From: an uncultured Solirubrobacteraceae bacterium
GTDB taxonomy: Bacteria > Actinomycetota > Thermoleophilia > Solirubrobacterales > Solirubrobacteraceae
Direction: 5' to 3'
DNA: 64,000 nt
Assembly: GCA_963703625.1 (NCBI GenBank)
Contig: CAVPEY010000007.1
Coordinates: forward strand, 14,672 to 78,671
Shown: positions 28,428-38,072 of the stretch, piece after piece
How positions within the stretch are numbered: the first letter of the stretch is position 1
Layout: each line of letters opens with the position of its first letter
Translations under genes and position numbers: made by a program
Notes under the pieces: generated by a model
What the model was told of the DNA's origin: nothing
The model's database searches: none
What the model saw: only the letters and a program-made list of their open reading frames with translations

Positions 28428-29347
28428 GACATGTTCCTTTCGATTGCTTCCCTAGCGCCCGGTGTCCCGGTTCCGTTGGCTTGCGCGCCCGCCGCTGCGG
28501 CGGCGCGTCCATCCACTGCGGATGCCATCTCCGACGGCTTGTTGCTGCACCCCCGCATCGCGATGTGGTAAGCGAAGCGCCCCGTGGGCAGCAGGTCGTC
28601 GAAGATGTAGGCGATCAGGTGCAGCGGCATCAGCACGCGTGCCGCGCGGGGCGCGTGCAGCGGCACCCGCACGGCGAGGATCGCGAGCGTCACCAGCTCC
28701 TGCAGGCCGACGCCGGTACGCGCCATCCGCTCTACCGTGAACTGCGGTTCGAGCAGGCCGGCGAGCTCCTCGGTGGCGAAATGACGGTGTTCCTCCTCGT
28801 CCGTTCCGACGACGCCCTCGAGCTCGGGCCACGATGGTCGCCTCCGGCGCAGCGCCGCGTACACGTTGACGGCGTCCAGATGCCTCGTCGGGCCGCGATG
28901 CGGCACGCTGACGATGATCGTGCCCCCCGGACGCAGCACGCGGTGCGCCTCTGCGAGCACGCGCTCGGGCTCGGCGTCGTGCTCGATCACGTCGAGCAGC
29001 AGCACCGCGTCGGCGCAGCTGTCCGCGAGCGGCAGCTCGCCGCCGTCCGCGTCGACCATGGGCAGCCACGGGAAGTGTCGCTGCGCCCGCTCCACCAGCT
29101 CGGGATCGCGCTCGACGCCGACGATCAGTCGCGGCTCGCGTGCACGCGCGACGATCGCGACCGAGCCATAGCCGCCGGCGCAGCCGATGTCGAGCACGCG
29201 CAGCGCGTCGCTCGGCAACCATCGCCGCGCGCGGCCCCAGCGCCCGACGTAGGAGAGCAGGCGCGGGCGCCTCGGCGCCTCCCCAGGCCTCGCCGCGGCA
29301 AACGGGTCGCGTCGGCCGGCGAGCGAGGGTGACGCGAGCGCGCTCAT
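28424..29347 (-). CDS. class I SAM-dependent methyltransferase-fold protein
   Basis: VLDIGCAGG, LPLADSCADAV, DVIEH, RVLRPGG. ATGA coupling. Confidence 0.9.
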   Translation of the reverse strand: MSALASPSLAGRRDPFAAARPGEAPRRPRLLSYVGRWGRARRWLPSDALRVLDIGCAGGYGSVAIVARAREPRLIVGVERDPELVERAQRHFPWLPMVDADGGELPLADSCADAVLLLDVIEHDAEPERVLAEAHRVLRPGGTIIVSVPHRGPTRHLDAVNVYAALRRRRPSWPELEGVVGTDEEEHRHFATEELAGLLEPQFTVERMARTGVGLQELVTLAILAVRVPLHAPRAARVLMPLHLIAYIFDDLLPTGRFAYHIAMRGCSNKPSEMASAVDGRAAAAAGAQANGTGTPGAREAIERNMS

Positions 29348-30279
29348 GACAGCGCCTGCTCCTGCTCGGGCACCGGCGTCACGCCGGCCTTCGCTCGCCG
29401 TTGCACCCGCCGGATGTGGCCGCCGAAGTACAGCCGCTCGAACAGGCTCTGCGGCATGTAGCGGCGCAGCGCGATCACGATCGACGCGCCGCGACCGACG
29501 ACGTAGCGCATGCGCGGCTGCGGGGTGCTCAACGCCTTGGTGATCGTGCGGGCGACGTCCGCGGGCCGCGTCGGTGAGCGCTTGACGAGCTTGTCGGCGA
29601 TCGCCTCGCTCTCGCGGAACAGCCCGGCATACGGGCTGGCCGGGTCCTCGGCGCGCGCAGCCGTGCCGCGATGGCGCGACCAGCGTGTCGTCTCGATGAT
29701 CCCCGGCTCGACGATCACCGACTGGATACCGAACGGCGCGAGCTCCTGCGCCAGTCCCTCGCCGAGGCCCTCCTGCGCGAACTTGGTCGCGCAGTACATA
29801 GTCACGCCGAAGCCGCACACCCGCCCACCGACCGACGTGACGGTCACGATCCGTCCGCAGCCCGCCTCGCGCATGTGCGGAATCACCGCCTGTGTGACCG
29901 CGATCGTGCCGAGGACGTTGGTCTCGAACAGCTGCCTGATCTCCTCCTCGTCGCAGTCCTCGGTGCAGCCGCGCAGGCCGACACCGGCGTTGTTGACGAG
30001 CCCGAAGACGCCGCCGGCGGCGTCCACGACCGTGCCCACCGCCTCGGCGATGCTCGCGCGGTCGGTCACGTCGAGCCGCAGCACCTCGAGCTCGACGCCG
30101 CGCTCGGACGCGGCTGCCTGCAGCTCCGCACGCTGGTCGGGGTTGCGGACCGTCGCGAACACCCGAAAGCCTGCCGCGGCGAGCTGCAGGGAGGTCTCGA
30201 GGCCGATGCCGGTGCCGCTGCCGGTGACGATCACGGCGTCTCCCGGCCGCCCAGGTCGTCCCTTGTCGATGCCGCGCAT
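29344..30279 (-). CDS. SDR family oxidoreductase
   Basis: TGSGTGIG, LVNNAG, YCATK, VEPG. Coupled to the upstream stop. Confidence 0.93.
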   Translation of the reverse strand: MRGIDKGRPGRPGDAVIVTGSGTGIGLETSLQLAAAGFRVFATVRNPDQRAELQAAASERGVELEVLRLDVTDRASIAEAVGTVVDAAGGVFGLVNNAGVGLRGCTEDCDEEEIRQLFETNVLGTIAVTQAVIPHMREAGCGRIVTVTSVGGRVCGFGVTMYCATKFAQEGLGEGLAQELAPFGIQSVIVEPGIIETTRWSRHRGTAARAEDPASPYAGLFRESEAIADKLVKRSPTRPADVARTITKALSTPQPRMRYVVGRGASIVIALRRYMPQSLFERLYFGGHIRRVQRRAKAGVTPVPEQEQALS

Positions 30280-31127
30280 CACTCGCCCCGGATCTCGAGC
30301 GCTGCGGCCGCGGGGAGCCGTTCGACGATCGCCCGCGCGACCAACTCGGGTTGCTCCATCGGGCCGAAGTGCCCCCACTCGGTCTTCGGCATCAGCACGG
30401 CGTGCGCGTTGGGGAGGTGCTGCTCGAGGTACTCGAAGGTATCGATGAACGCCGAGTGCTCGGTGTAGATCAGCACGACCGGCGTCTCGATCGAGCCGAC
30501 GCGCGCGAGCGTCAGCGAGCCGATCTGGCGGTAATCCTCCGACAGCGTCGTCTCGTCGAGCAGCCGCAGCAGCGGCTTGGGGTTGCGCGGCAGGCCCCTG
30601 AGCGGCCCCCACTGCTTCGGTAGGTCGATCGTCGCTCTGATCATGTAGCGCATGTCCGAGCGCTTGTCCACGGGCACGGGGTGCCCGGCTTCCTCGAGCG
30701 CCCGCGCCCAGTAGGACCAGCCGACCCAGCCGTCCGGCCGGCGGCTCTCCTCGAGCGCCGGCAGGGCCGCCTCGATCGCGATCACCTCGCGCACACGGTC
30801 GGGGTGGCCCAACGCGTGGTAGAGGGCGATGTCGGCGCCGTAGCTGTGCCCGGCGATCAACGGACGCTCGATCTCGAGCGCGTCGAGCAGCTCGCGCAGA
30901 TCGCCTGCCATCGCGTCGAGGGTGTAGCCCGAGGGCGGTGTGTCGCTGTGGCCGTGACCGCGCAGGTCGTAGGTGAGCACCCGGAAGTGCTCAGCCAGCT
31001 CGGGAACCATCTGCAGGTGCCACACGGCGAGGTTGCCGGTGAGGCCGTGCACCATCACCAGGTCTGGCCCCTCGCCGACCTGCTGGTAGTGAATCCGCAC
31101 CCCGTTCTCGAGGGTCGTCTTCGGCAT
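30279..31127 (-). CDS. alpha/beta hydrolase (candidate thioesterase/acyltransferase)
   Basis: VHGLTG, YDLRGHG.S, GHSYG, GHFGPMEQP. AGGAG RBS. Confidence 0.92.
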   Translation of the reverse strand: MPKTTLENGVRIHYQQVGEGPDLVMVHGLTGNLAVWHLQMVPELAEHFRVLTYDLRGHGHSDTPPSGYTLDAMAGDLRELLDALEIERPLIAGHSYGADIALYHALGHPDRVREVIAIEAALPALEESRRPDGWVGWSYWARALEEAGHPVPVDKRSDMRYMIRATIDLPKQWGPLRGLPRNPKPLLRLLDETTLSEDYRQIGSLTLARVGSIETPVVLIYTEHSAFIDTFEYLEQHLPNAHAVLMPKTEWGHFGPMEQPELVARAIVERLPAAAALEIRGE

Positions 31128-31146
31128 CAGTACGTCTCCTCGCGGC

Positions 31147-32769
31147 TCACTCGACGTACCCCAATGCACGCAGGCGCTCCATCAACGCCGCCTGCTCCTC
31201 GGGCGCGAGCTCGACGCCGGCCGCCGGGCTCGCCACGAGCTTCGCGGGCGGTCCCGCGGGGGCGCGACGCAGCGGGCGTCGATCGAGCTCGCCGCCCTCG
31301 AAGATCGACTCGGGAACGGTGCCGGACATGTCTTCGGGAGCAGGCAGGCCGATCTGGTGCAGCAGCAACGGGGCGACGTCGACGATCGACAGTTCCTCGA
31401 CCGACGCGCCGGCGCGGATGCCCGGGCCCGCGGCCATGAAGATGCCCTCCCAACGGTGATGGCCACGCGGCTGCGGGCGCCGCGCGACGACCGTCGCGGA
31501 TGGCAGGATCGACATCGTGCCGCCGTCGGCGAGCACCAGCGAGAGGTCCGGGCCGAGCTGCTCGAAGGGGCCCGCGAACGCCTGCCCGCGCGTCCATACC
31601 TCATCGACCAGCGGCTGGCCGTCGGACGGCCGTTCGACGGCGCGCAGGCCCTCGGCGATGTCGTGCGCGAGCTTCGCGCGGGCCTCGTCGGGCATCGGGT
31701 CCTCGCTGCCGGGGAGGCGATCGACGATGTTGATCCCCTGGCTCGAGGGCGTCGCGGCGTAGGCGACCGTGCGCGACCAGTCCAACGCGTGCACGTGGCG
31801 GGTCATCTCGGCGAAGCCGACGTCGGTGTCAGCGCGGCCGTTCGTGCTCGCCGCACCGCCGTTGGCGCTGTCCGGTTCCGCCCACGTCAGGTATCCCTGC
31901 TGCTCCAGCCACGAGTTGACATGGAACACGTCCTGGGTCGGCCCGAAGCCGTGATCGGAGGCGAGCACGACCGTCGTGTCCGGGCCCGCGAGCTCGACGA
32001 TGCTGCGGATCTGCTCGTCGAGCGAGCGGAAGTAACGCTCGCAGCGCTCGATCATGTCCTGCTCCCAGGCACTCGGTTGCTCGGGCCGGCAGGCGGGGTC
32101 GATGAAGCGCCAGCACAGGTGCTGGAGCTTGTCCACGCCGTCGAACATGACCGCCATCAGGTCGGCCGGCTCGTCCTGCATCAGGTAGCGCATCACCTCC
32201 GCCCAGCGCTGCTCGCGGCGGATGTGCAGCTCGACGAACTCAGCGTGCTCGTCCTCGGGACAGCCGTCGATCGCCTTGATCTCGAGCTCCATGTCGAGCA
32301 TCTCGCGCGGGTTGAAGCCTGGGAGCGCCTTCAGTCGGTCGAACAGGCCGGGCGGGTGGCAGCCGAGCCGCAGCTGACGCCAGGGCATCATGCCGCCGGG
32401 CACGACGGCGCCCTCGACGGGCGGCGCGGGGAACATCAGTGGGAAGTTCAGCGAGATGATGCGGCGCTGCTGTTCGCTTGCGAGGCTCCAGATCGTCGCC
32501 GAGCGGACATCCTGAGAGCTGGCGAACGAGAAGTACACGCTGCCGGGCTCTTCCTTCTGGAAGAAGTCGAAGATGCCGTGCTGGCCGGGGTGCTTGCCGG
32601 TCACCAGCGAGGTCCACGCCGGCGGCGTCAGCGGCGGCATGATCGAGCGCAGCACCGCGCGCGTGCCGCGCGCCGAGAGCTCTGACAGGAACGGCATCAC
32701 GCCCGACTCCATGTAGGGGTCCAGGACCGTGAACGTCGCTCCGTCGAGTCCGATCAGCAGGGTTCCCAT
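31147..32769 (-). CDS. AlkP superfamily nucleotide pyrophosphatase/phosphodiesterase-like enzyme
   Basis: IGLDGAT, PPLTPPAW, DKLQH, SDHGF, GHH, DVAP, C-terminal RLRALGYVE. Confidence 0.92.
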   Translation of the reverse strand: MGTLLIGLDGATFTVLDPYMESGVMPFLSELSARGTRAVLRSIMPPLTPPAWTSLVTGKHPGQHGIFDFFQKEEPGSVYFSFASSQDVRSATIWSLASEQQRRIISLNFPLMFPAPPVEGAVVPGGMMPWRQLRLGCHPPGLFDRLKALPGFNPREMLDMELEIKAIDGCPEDEHAEFVELHIRREQRWAEVMRYLMQDEPADLMAVMFDGVDKLQHLCWRFIDPACRPEQPSAWEQDMIERCERYFRSLDEQIRSIVELAGPDTTVVLASDHGFGPTQDVFHVNSWLEQQGYLTWAEPDSANGGAASTNGRADTDVGFAEMTRHVHALDWSRTVAYAATPSSQGINIVDRLPGSEDPMPDEARAKLAHDIAEGLRAVERPSDGQPLVDEVWTRGQAFAGPFEQLGPDLSLVLADGGTMSILPSATVVARRPQPRGHHRWEGIFMAAGPGIRAGASVEELSIVDVAPLLLHQIGLPAPEDMSGTVPESIFEGGELDRRPLRRAPAGPPAKLVASPAAGVELAPEEQAALMERLRALGYVE

Positions 32770-32772
32770 GCG

Positions 32773-33072
32773 TCAGACCTCCAGTGGACTCGGTTGCCGG
32801 TGCTCGCACACGAACATCGCGAGCTCCGAGACGCTGAGGTCGCGCTCGTCGATCGGGCGCTGGCCGATTTCCTCGAAGAACTGGGGGAACGGCAGGCGGC
32901 CGTAGCGCTGCTGGACCATCGTCGAAAGCACGACGATCTCGAGCGACTCGAGACCGAGGTCGGCGACGAACCGCGTCTGCGGCCCGATCTCGCCCGTGTG
33001 CTCCCAGTCGCCGCTGGCCTCGTTCAAGAGCGCGAGGATTCCCTGCATCACCTGTGGGTCGAGTGTCGTCAT
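32773..33072 (-). CDS. discrete acyl carrier protein
   Basis: 99 aa, acidic, with DLGLESLEIV phosphopantetheine site. ATGA coupling to the PKS. Confidence 0.88.
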   Translation of the reverse strand: MTTLDPQVMQGILALLNEASGDWEHTGEIGPQTRFVADLGLESLEIVVLSTMVQQRYGRLPFPQFFEEIGQRPIDERDLSVSELAMFVCEHRQPSPLEV

Positions 33073-36000
33073 GACGTTGCCTCCGTGGCCTCGTGATCGC
33101 CTGCAGGACCTGGATACAGGGCGGTGGCGGCGATGAGGTCCCCCTCGCGGAGCGTCCAAGCTAGCAACCGCTCACCCGCCACGTCCAGCTCTACAACCTC
33201 GCTGTCAATCTCGATCGCGTAAGGGCGCGGAGCGCCAGAGCCGCCGCCGAGCCCCGCCCCGAGCGCCTTGCCCGCGGCCTCCTTCGCACACCACAGGCGC
33301 AGCAGCCACTCCTGCGCGGCGTCTGCGGGCAACGGCTCGAGCAGGCGACGCTCCGCCTGATTCAGTGCCGCCTGCGCGAAGCCGGGCGCCCGCGACACGA
33401 GCGGCTCGACGTCGATGCCGACGCCGCTGCCGGCGCGCGGGGGCGCCAGCGATGCGAAGGCCGCCGCGTGGCCTTGCGCGTGCGTGAGCGAGACCAGCGG
33501 CAGCTCGGCCAGCCCCTCGAGGCCGGGCGCGACCACGACCGGCGCGCCGCGCTCGTCGGGCAGGATCTCGATTTCGGCGGGCAGCAGCTCGAGTCCGTAG
33601 GCGCCGCGCAACAGCTCCGCCACGCACTCCTTCGCAGCGGTGCGGGCGGCCAGCCACTCGAGCTGCCGGTTTTCGGGCAGCATCAGCGCGTCGAACAGCT
33701 CGCGCTCGCGGCGACCGAGCACGCGGCTCGCCCACACCGGCTTCCACAGCGCGCGGTCGGCCGGCATCCGCGCGTCGAGCAGCCGGCACGCGACGCGCCG
33801 GCCTGCGTGGGCGATCAGCGGCCCGGGCCACGGTGTCGACAGCGGCGCCAGCGCCGCCGGCCGCGCCAGCGGCGCGAACCGCTCCGGCACGTCGAAGCGC
33901 TTGTCGGCCCACCCCGTCAACCGCATCCAGCAGCGCCCGCTCGCGTCGAGCACGTCGATGTCCGAGCTCACCAGCTGCTCGCCTTGGAGCCTGATCGCCG
34001 CGGAGCACGCGAGCGTCTCGCCGTGCGCCGGCGGCGGCCCGTACAGATCGAGCGCCTCGAGCCGGAAGGGGAACACGACGCGGGCCCGATCGAGCATCTC
34101 CGCGGCCCAGAAGCCGACCACCTGGCCGGCGGCGTCCAGCGCCACCGGGTCGAGCACGAAGCTCGGGTCAGGGTTCTCGCGCACCAGACCCACGCGCGCC
34201 AACACTTCCAGCTGCGCTCGCGCGCCCTCGGGCGCGACGACGTCGACGCTCGTGACGCCCTGCCACAGCGGTTGGTGAAACATCGCTTCCTCGTAGAGCT
34301 GCTCGCCACGCCAGCGCGACGGTCTGCCACCCGCCAGCGCGAGCGTCATCGGCGCCGGCGCCGGCGGAAAGCCATCTGTCAGCAGCACCGTCGCCTCGAC
34401 CACCGGGTCAGTCTCAGAGTCGTCGCCGAGGTCACGCAGCTCGACCCGTACCCGCTCGCAGCCGCCCTCGGCTGCGATGCGGCGAACAGCGACCTCGAGT
34501 GTCTTCGGGCCGTCGGGGAACGCCAGCCAGCGGTGCGCGCGCAGATCGCGCAGCCCGGTGACGGTCAGCTCCGGCAGCAGGCACGACGCCGCCTCCGCGA
34601 TGATCTCGATGCTCATCGCGAGCGGCATCAGCGCGAGCGCGTGGAGCCCGGGATCGCTGCGCGACACCGTCCGGCCGAGCGTGTGATCGAGCAGGTAGCG
34701 GTCCTCGGCGGGATCGACCAGCCGGCGCGCCACGAGCTCCACCTCGGGCTCCCAGGCAACCACCGTGCCCACCAGCGGCCGCCGCGCCTGCTCGAGCGCG
34801 ACCGCCGCGCCGCCGCCGAGATAGGCGCTCATCACCTGCTCGTTCATCGCCAGGAAGCGCTCCATCGTCTCGAGGTAGCCGTCGAGCGCGACCGCGAGCT
34901 CGTCCTCGTCGCTCGAGAACGCGGCCGGCGAGGCGACGAGGGGCGGCTGCGCGGGCTGAGCCGGCTGAGCGCGCAGCGCGGGCAGAAGCTCCGGCGGGCT
35001 CTGGGCGGAGGAGGCGGCGAGCGCTTCGTGAACCTGTACCACGTTTGGACCCGGCTGCCTGTGTGCCGCGAGCAGGTCGTTCGCCGGATGCGTGTCCGGT
35101 GCGTTGCCGTTGCCGTTGCGGTTGCCGTTTGCGCTGCCGTTGCGGCTCGCGTCCTCGCCGCTGGAGCGCAGCAGCTCGAGTGCCTCGTCTGGGAGGCGCA
35201 GCATCGGCCAGGTCGTCGACAGCGCGATCTCGTGGCTGGCGCCCTCGCTCGCGGGCGTCGCGTGGCGCCAGTCGATCGCGTGCACGTCGCGCTGTGCGTA
35301 CAGATAGCCGAGGTCGAGCGTGACGTCGTGCGCGGCGAGCATGCCCACGAGGTGGCTCAGCTGCGCTGTGCCGGAGCGGCGCATGACGTCGGGCGCGACC
35401 GTGCAGGCGGGGCGCCCGCGCAGGATGTCCTGCATGAACGACGTCATGTTGCCGCGCGGGCCGACCTCGATGAACACGCGCGCACCGTCGTCGTGCAGGG
35501 CCTCAATCGTCTCGCGGAAGCGGACCGGCTGCGTCCAGTGCTCGACGAGCAGCTCGCGGATCGCCGCCGGATCCTCCGGGTAGCGCCCGGCGGTCGTGCA
35601 CGACCACAGCGGCGTGCTGGCGGCGCGCACCGGCAGCTCGGCGAAGATCGGGCGCAGGTCCTCGGCGAACGGCGCGAACAGCGGCGTGTGCACGGCGCGG
35701 TCATACGGGAGCTGCTCGCACATCAGCCCCTCCTCGACCGCGATCGCTTTCGCGCGGGCGGCCGCGGCCGCCTCGCCGACGAGCACCGCCTGGTGCGGGC
35801 AGTTGTCCATCGCCAGGTACAGCTCGCCGCCGGCCTGCTCGCCGATCCGCCGCGCGCTCGCGGCGTCGGCGCCGATCGCCAGCAGCACCGCGGCGGGAAC
35901 CTCGTGGCGCTCGGCGGCGGCGGCGTAGGACGCGTTCAGGCCATGGGAGAAGGTCCCCAGGCGCTCGTCGGTCTCGACGTCGAGCGCGCCCGCGGCCATC

Positions 36001-38072
36001 GCGGCGGAGTGCTCGCCGGAGCTGTGGCCGAGCATCGCGTCGCAGCGCGGCACGAGCCTGCGGATGACCTCGTACACGGCGGCGTTGGCGGTCAGCACCG
36101 CCTCGACGGCGATGTCCAGCTCCATCAGCCGCGCCTCGGTGAGCGCGCGCTCGGCGTCGGAGAACGCCGGTCGCGGAAACACCCAGTCGCTGAGCAGGTG
36201 CCCGCGCGGGTGCCGGGCGTAGATCCGGTCGATCCGATCGAACACCGCGCGCGCCTCCTCGAACTGCAGGCACAGGTCCGAGAGCATGTTCGGGTACTGG
36301 GCGCCCTCGCCGGGGAACACGTAGACGATCTTGCCGCCGGGTCCGAGCGGCTCGGACTCGTAGTAGATCCCGGAGGTCATCTTGATCCGCGTGCAGTCGG
36401 GGTCGCGCAGCTTCTCGATCGCCTGACCGAGCTTGCGTACGAGGTCCTCCGTGGAGGACACGACGAGCGCCAGCCGCCTCGGTTGAGGCGTGCCGCCGAG
36501 CTCCTGGCTGAGCGTGAAGGCGAGGTCTGCGAGCGCGATCTCGGGGTCGCGTTCGAGCGCGGCCAGCAGCTCGCTCGCCGCGTCGGTGAGCGCCTGCGGC
36601 GAGTCGCGCTCGAGGATGCAGACCTCGGTGTCCCACGCGGGGCGATGCTCGGGGCTGCGCGCACCTTCGAACTCCTCGAGCACGGCGTGCGCGTTGATGC
36701 CGCCGAAGCCGAACGCGTTGATCCCGGCGCGCCGCGGCTCGCTGGCGCCGTGGATCCACGGTCGCGTCTCGGTGTTGATGTAGAACGGCGTGTGCTCGAG
36801 CCCGAGCTCGGGGTTGGGCTGCTCGCAGGCGATCGTCGGCGGCAGCACGCGGTGGTGCAGCGCGAGCGCGGTCTTGATCAGGCCGGCGACCCCCGCCGCT
36901 GGGATCGTGTGGCCGATCATCGACTTGACCGTGCCCACCGCGCAGCGCGGCAGCTCGCCGTCGCGCTCGCCGAACACGCTCGTCAACGCCTGCACCTCGG
37001 TCGCGTCGCCGACCGGCGTGCCCGTGCCGTGCGCCTCGATCAGCCCGATGCTCGCGGGCGAGACCTCAGCGGCGGCGTAGGCCCGCTGCAGCGCCAGTTC
37101 CTCACCCTCGACGCGTGGCGCCATCACGCTCATCCCGCGGCCGTCGCTGGCGACGCCGACGCCGCGGATCACCGCATACACGCGGTCGCCGTCGCGAACG
37201 GCGTCCTCGGCGCGCTTGAGCACGACCGCGCCGATGCCCTCGCTCAGTAGCGTCCCGTCGGCGTCCTTGTCGAACGCGCGCAGCTGCTGGCGGCGTGACA
37301 GGGCGCCGAGCCGGCAGAACAGGTTGAGCGTCGCGACCGGCATCCACACCTGCGAGCCACCCGCCAGCGCGAGGTCGTGGTCGCCCGCGAGCAGACCCCG
37401 CACCGCGTGCTCGACCGCCACCAGCGAGGAGGCGCAGGCGGCATCGATCGTGTAGGCGGGGCCCATCAGATCGAGACGGTTGGCGATGCGCCCGACGATG
37501 ATGTTGGGGATCAGGCCGGGAACGGTTTCCGGCCCGAGCGCCGGCAGCACCCGCTGCAGCTCCCCCCGCAGCCGCTCGAGCTCCGCCTCCGAGCGCCACG
37601 GATCGAGCTGGCGCAGGAGATCGAGCGTCTGCCCGATGACAAGGCCGCGCTGCAGCGCGATCGCGTTGCCGCCGTTGAGGTAGGTGCCCTTGCCGAAGAT
37701 CACCGCCGTGCGCGCGCGCACCTCGGCCGAGAGCTCCGTCGCGCCGGCGTCCGCGAGCGCGTCGGTCGCCACCTGCAGCGCCAGCCACTGGTCTGGCTCG
37801 CCGCCGACCGCGACCGGCGGGATGCCGTGCGCCAGCGGGTCAAAGCGCGCGAGCGACCCCAGGTAGCCGCCGCGCTTGCAGTAGGTGCGATCGGGGTCCG
37901 CGAAGTCCGGGTCGTAGTAGACATCGGGGTCCCACGCCTGCGGCGGCGGGTCCGAGGTCGCATCGAGCCCGCCGAGGATGTTGCGCCAGTAGGCGTCGAG
38001 GTCGCCCGCGCCGGGAAACAGGCAGGCCATGCCGACGATCGCGACGCCGCCTTGCGTGCCCGTCTCTGACAT
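33069..38072 (-). CDS. type I PKS: KS-AT-DH-PPTase, without ACP or KR
   Basis: KS: DAACASS, EAHGTGT, IGH. AT: PGEGAQ, GHSSG, AVHT. DH: YLLDH, LDAAGQ. PPTase: AAKE, VSLTH, GIDVE, WCAKEA. TGATG coupling. Confidence 0.93.
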   Translation of the reverse strand: MSETGTQGGVAIVGMACLFPGAGDLDAYWRNILGGLDATSDPPPQAWDPDVYYDPDFADPDRTYCKRGGYLGSLARFDPLAHGIPPVAVGGEPDQWLALQVATDALADAGATELSAEVRARTAVIFGKGTYLNGGNAIALQRGLVIGQTLDLLRQLDPWRSEAELERLRGELQRVLPALGPETVPGLIPNIIVGRIANRLDLMGPAYTIDAACASSLVAVEHAVRGLLAGDHDLALAGGSQVWMPVATLNLFCRLGALSRRQQLRAFDKDADGTLLSEGIGAVVLKRAEDAVRDGDRVYAVIRGVGVASDGRGMSVMAPRVEGEELALQRAYAAAEVSPASIGLIEAHGTGTPVGDATEVQALTSVFGERDGELPRCAVGTVKSMIGHTIPAAGVAGLIKTALALHHRVLPPTIACEQPNPELGLEHTPFYINTETRPWIHGASEPRRAGINAFGFGGINAHAVLEEFEGARSPEHRPAWDTEVCILERDSPQALTDAASELLAALERDPEIALADLAFTLSQELGGTPQPRRLALVVSSTEDLVRKLGQAIEKLRDPDCTRIKMTSGIYYESEPLGPGGKIVYVFPGEGAQYPNMLSDLCLQFEEARAVFDRIDRIYARHPRGHLLSDWVFPRPAFSDAERALTEARLMELDIAVEAVLTANAAVYEVIRRLVPRCDAMLGHSSGEHSAAMAAGALDVETDERLGTFSHGLNASYAAAAERHEVPAAVLLAIGADAASARRIGEQAGGELYLAMDNCPHQAVLVGEAAAAARAKAIAVEEGLMCEQLPYDRAVHTPLFAPFAEDLRPIFAELPVRAASTPLWSCTTAGRYPEDPAAIRELLVEHWTQPVRFRETIEALHDDGARVFIEVGPRGNMTSFMQDILRGRPACTVAPDVMRRSGTAQLSHLVGMLAAHDVTLDLGYLYAQRDVHAIDWRHATPASEGASHEIALSTTWPMLRLPDEALELLRSSGEDASRNGSANGNRNGNGNAPDTHPANDLLAAHRQPGPNVVQVHEALAASSAQSPPELLPALRAQPAQPAQPPLVASPAAFSSDEDELAVALDGYLETMERFLAMNEQVMSAYLGGGAAVALEQARRPLVGTVVAWEPEVELVARRLVDPAEDRYLLDHTLGRTVSRSDPGLHALALMPLAMSIEIIAEAASCLLPELTVTGLRDLRAHRWLAFPDGPKTLEVAVRRIAAEGGCERVRVELRDLGDDSETDPVVEATVLLTDGFPPAPAPMTLALAGGRPSRWRGEQLYEEAMFHQPLWQGVTSVDVVAPEGARAQLEVLARVGLVRENPDPSFVLDPVALDAAGQVVGFWAAEMLDRARVVFPFRLEALDLYGPPPAHGETLACSAAIRLQGEQLVSSDIDVLDASGRCWMRLTGWADKRFDVPERFAPLARPAALAPLSTPWPGPLIAHAGRRVACRLLDARMPADRALWKPVWASRVLGRRERELFDALMLPENRQLEWLAARTAAKECVAELLRGAYGLELLPAEIEILPDERGAPVVVAPGLEGLAELPLVSLTHAQGHAAAFASLAPPRAGSGVGIDVEPLVSRAPGFAQAALNQAERRLLEPLPADAAQEWLLRLWCAKEAAGKALGAGLGGGSGAPRPYAIEIDSEVVELDVAGERLLAWTLREGDLIAATALYPGPAGDHEATEATS

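Noticed and set aside
33468-37250. 1260-aa plus-strand ORF and similar long ORFs (25917..28292, 38129..40060, 41256..43805, 45375..48152, 52730..55111)
   Set aside because: Antisense or off-frame shadows of real high-GC genes; Arg/Ala-rich with no recognisable motifs.
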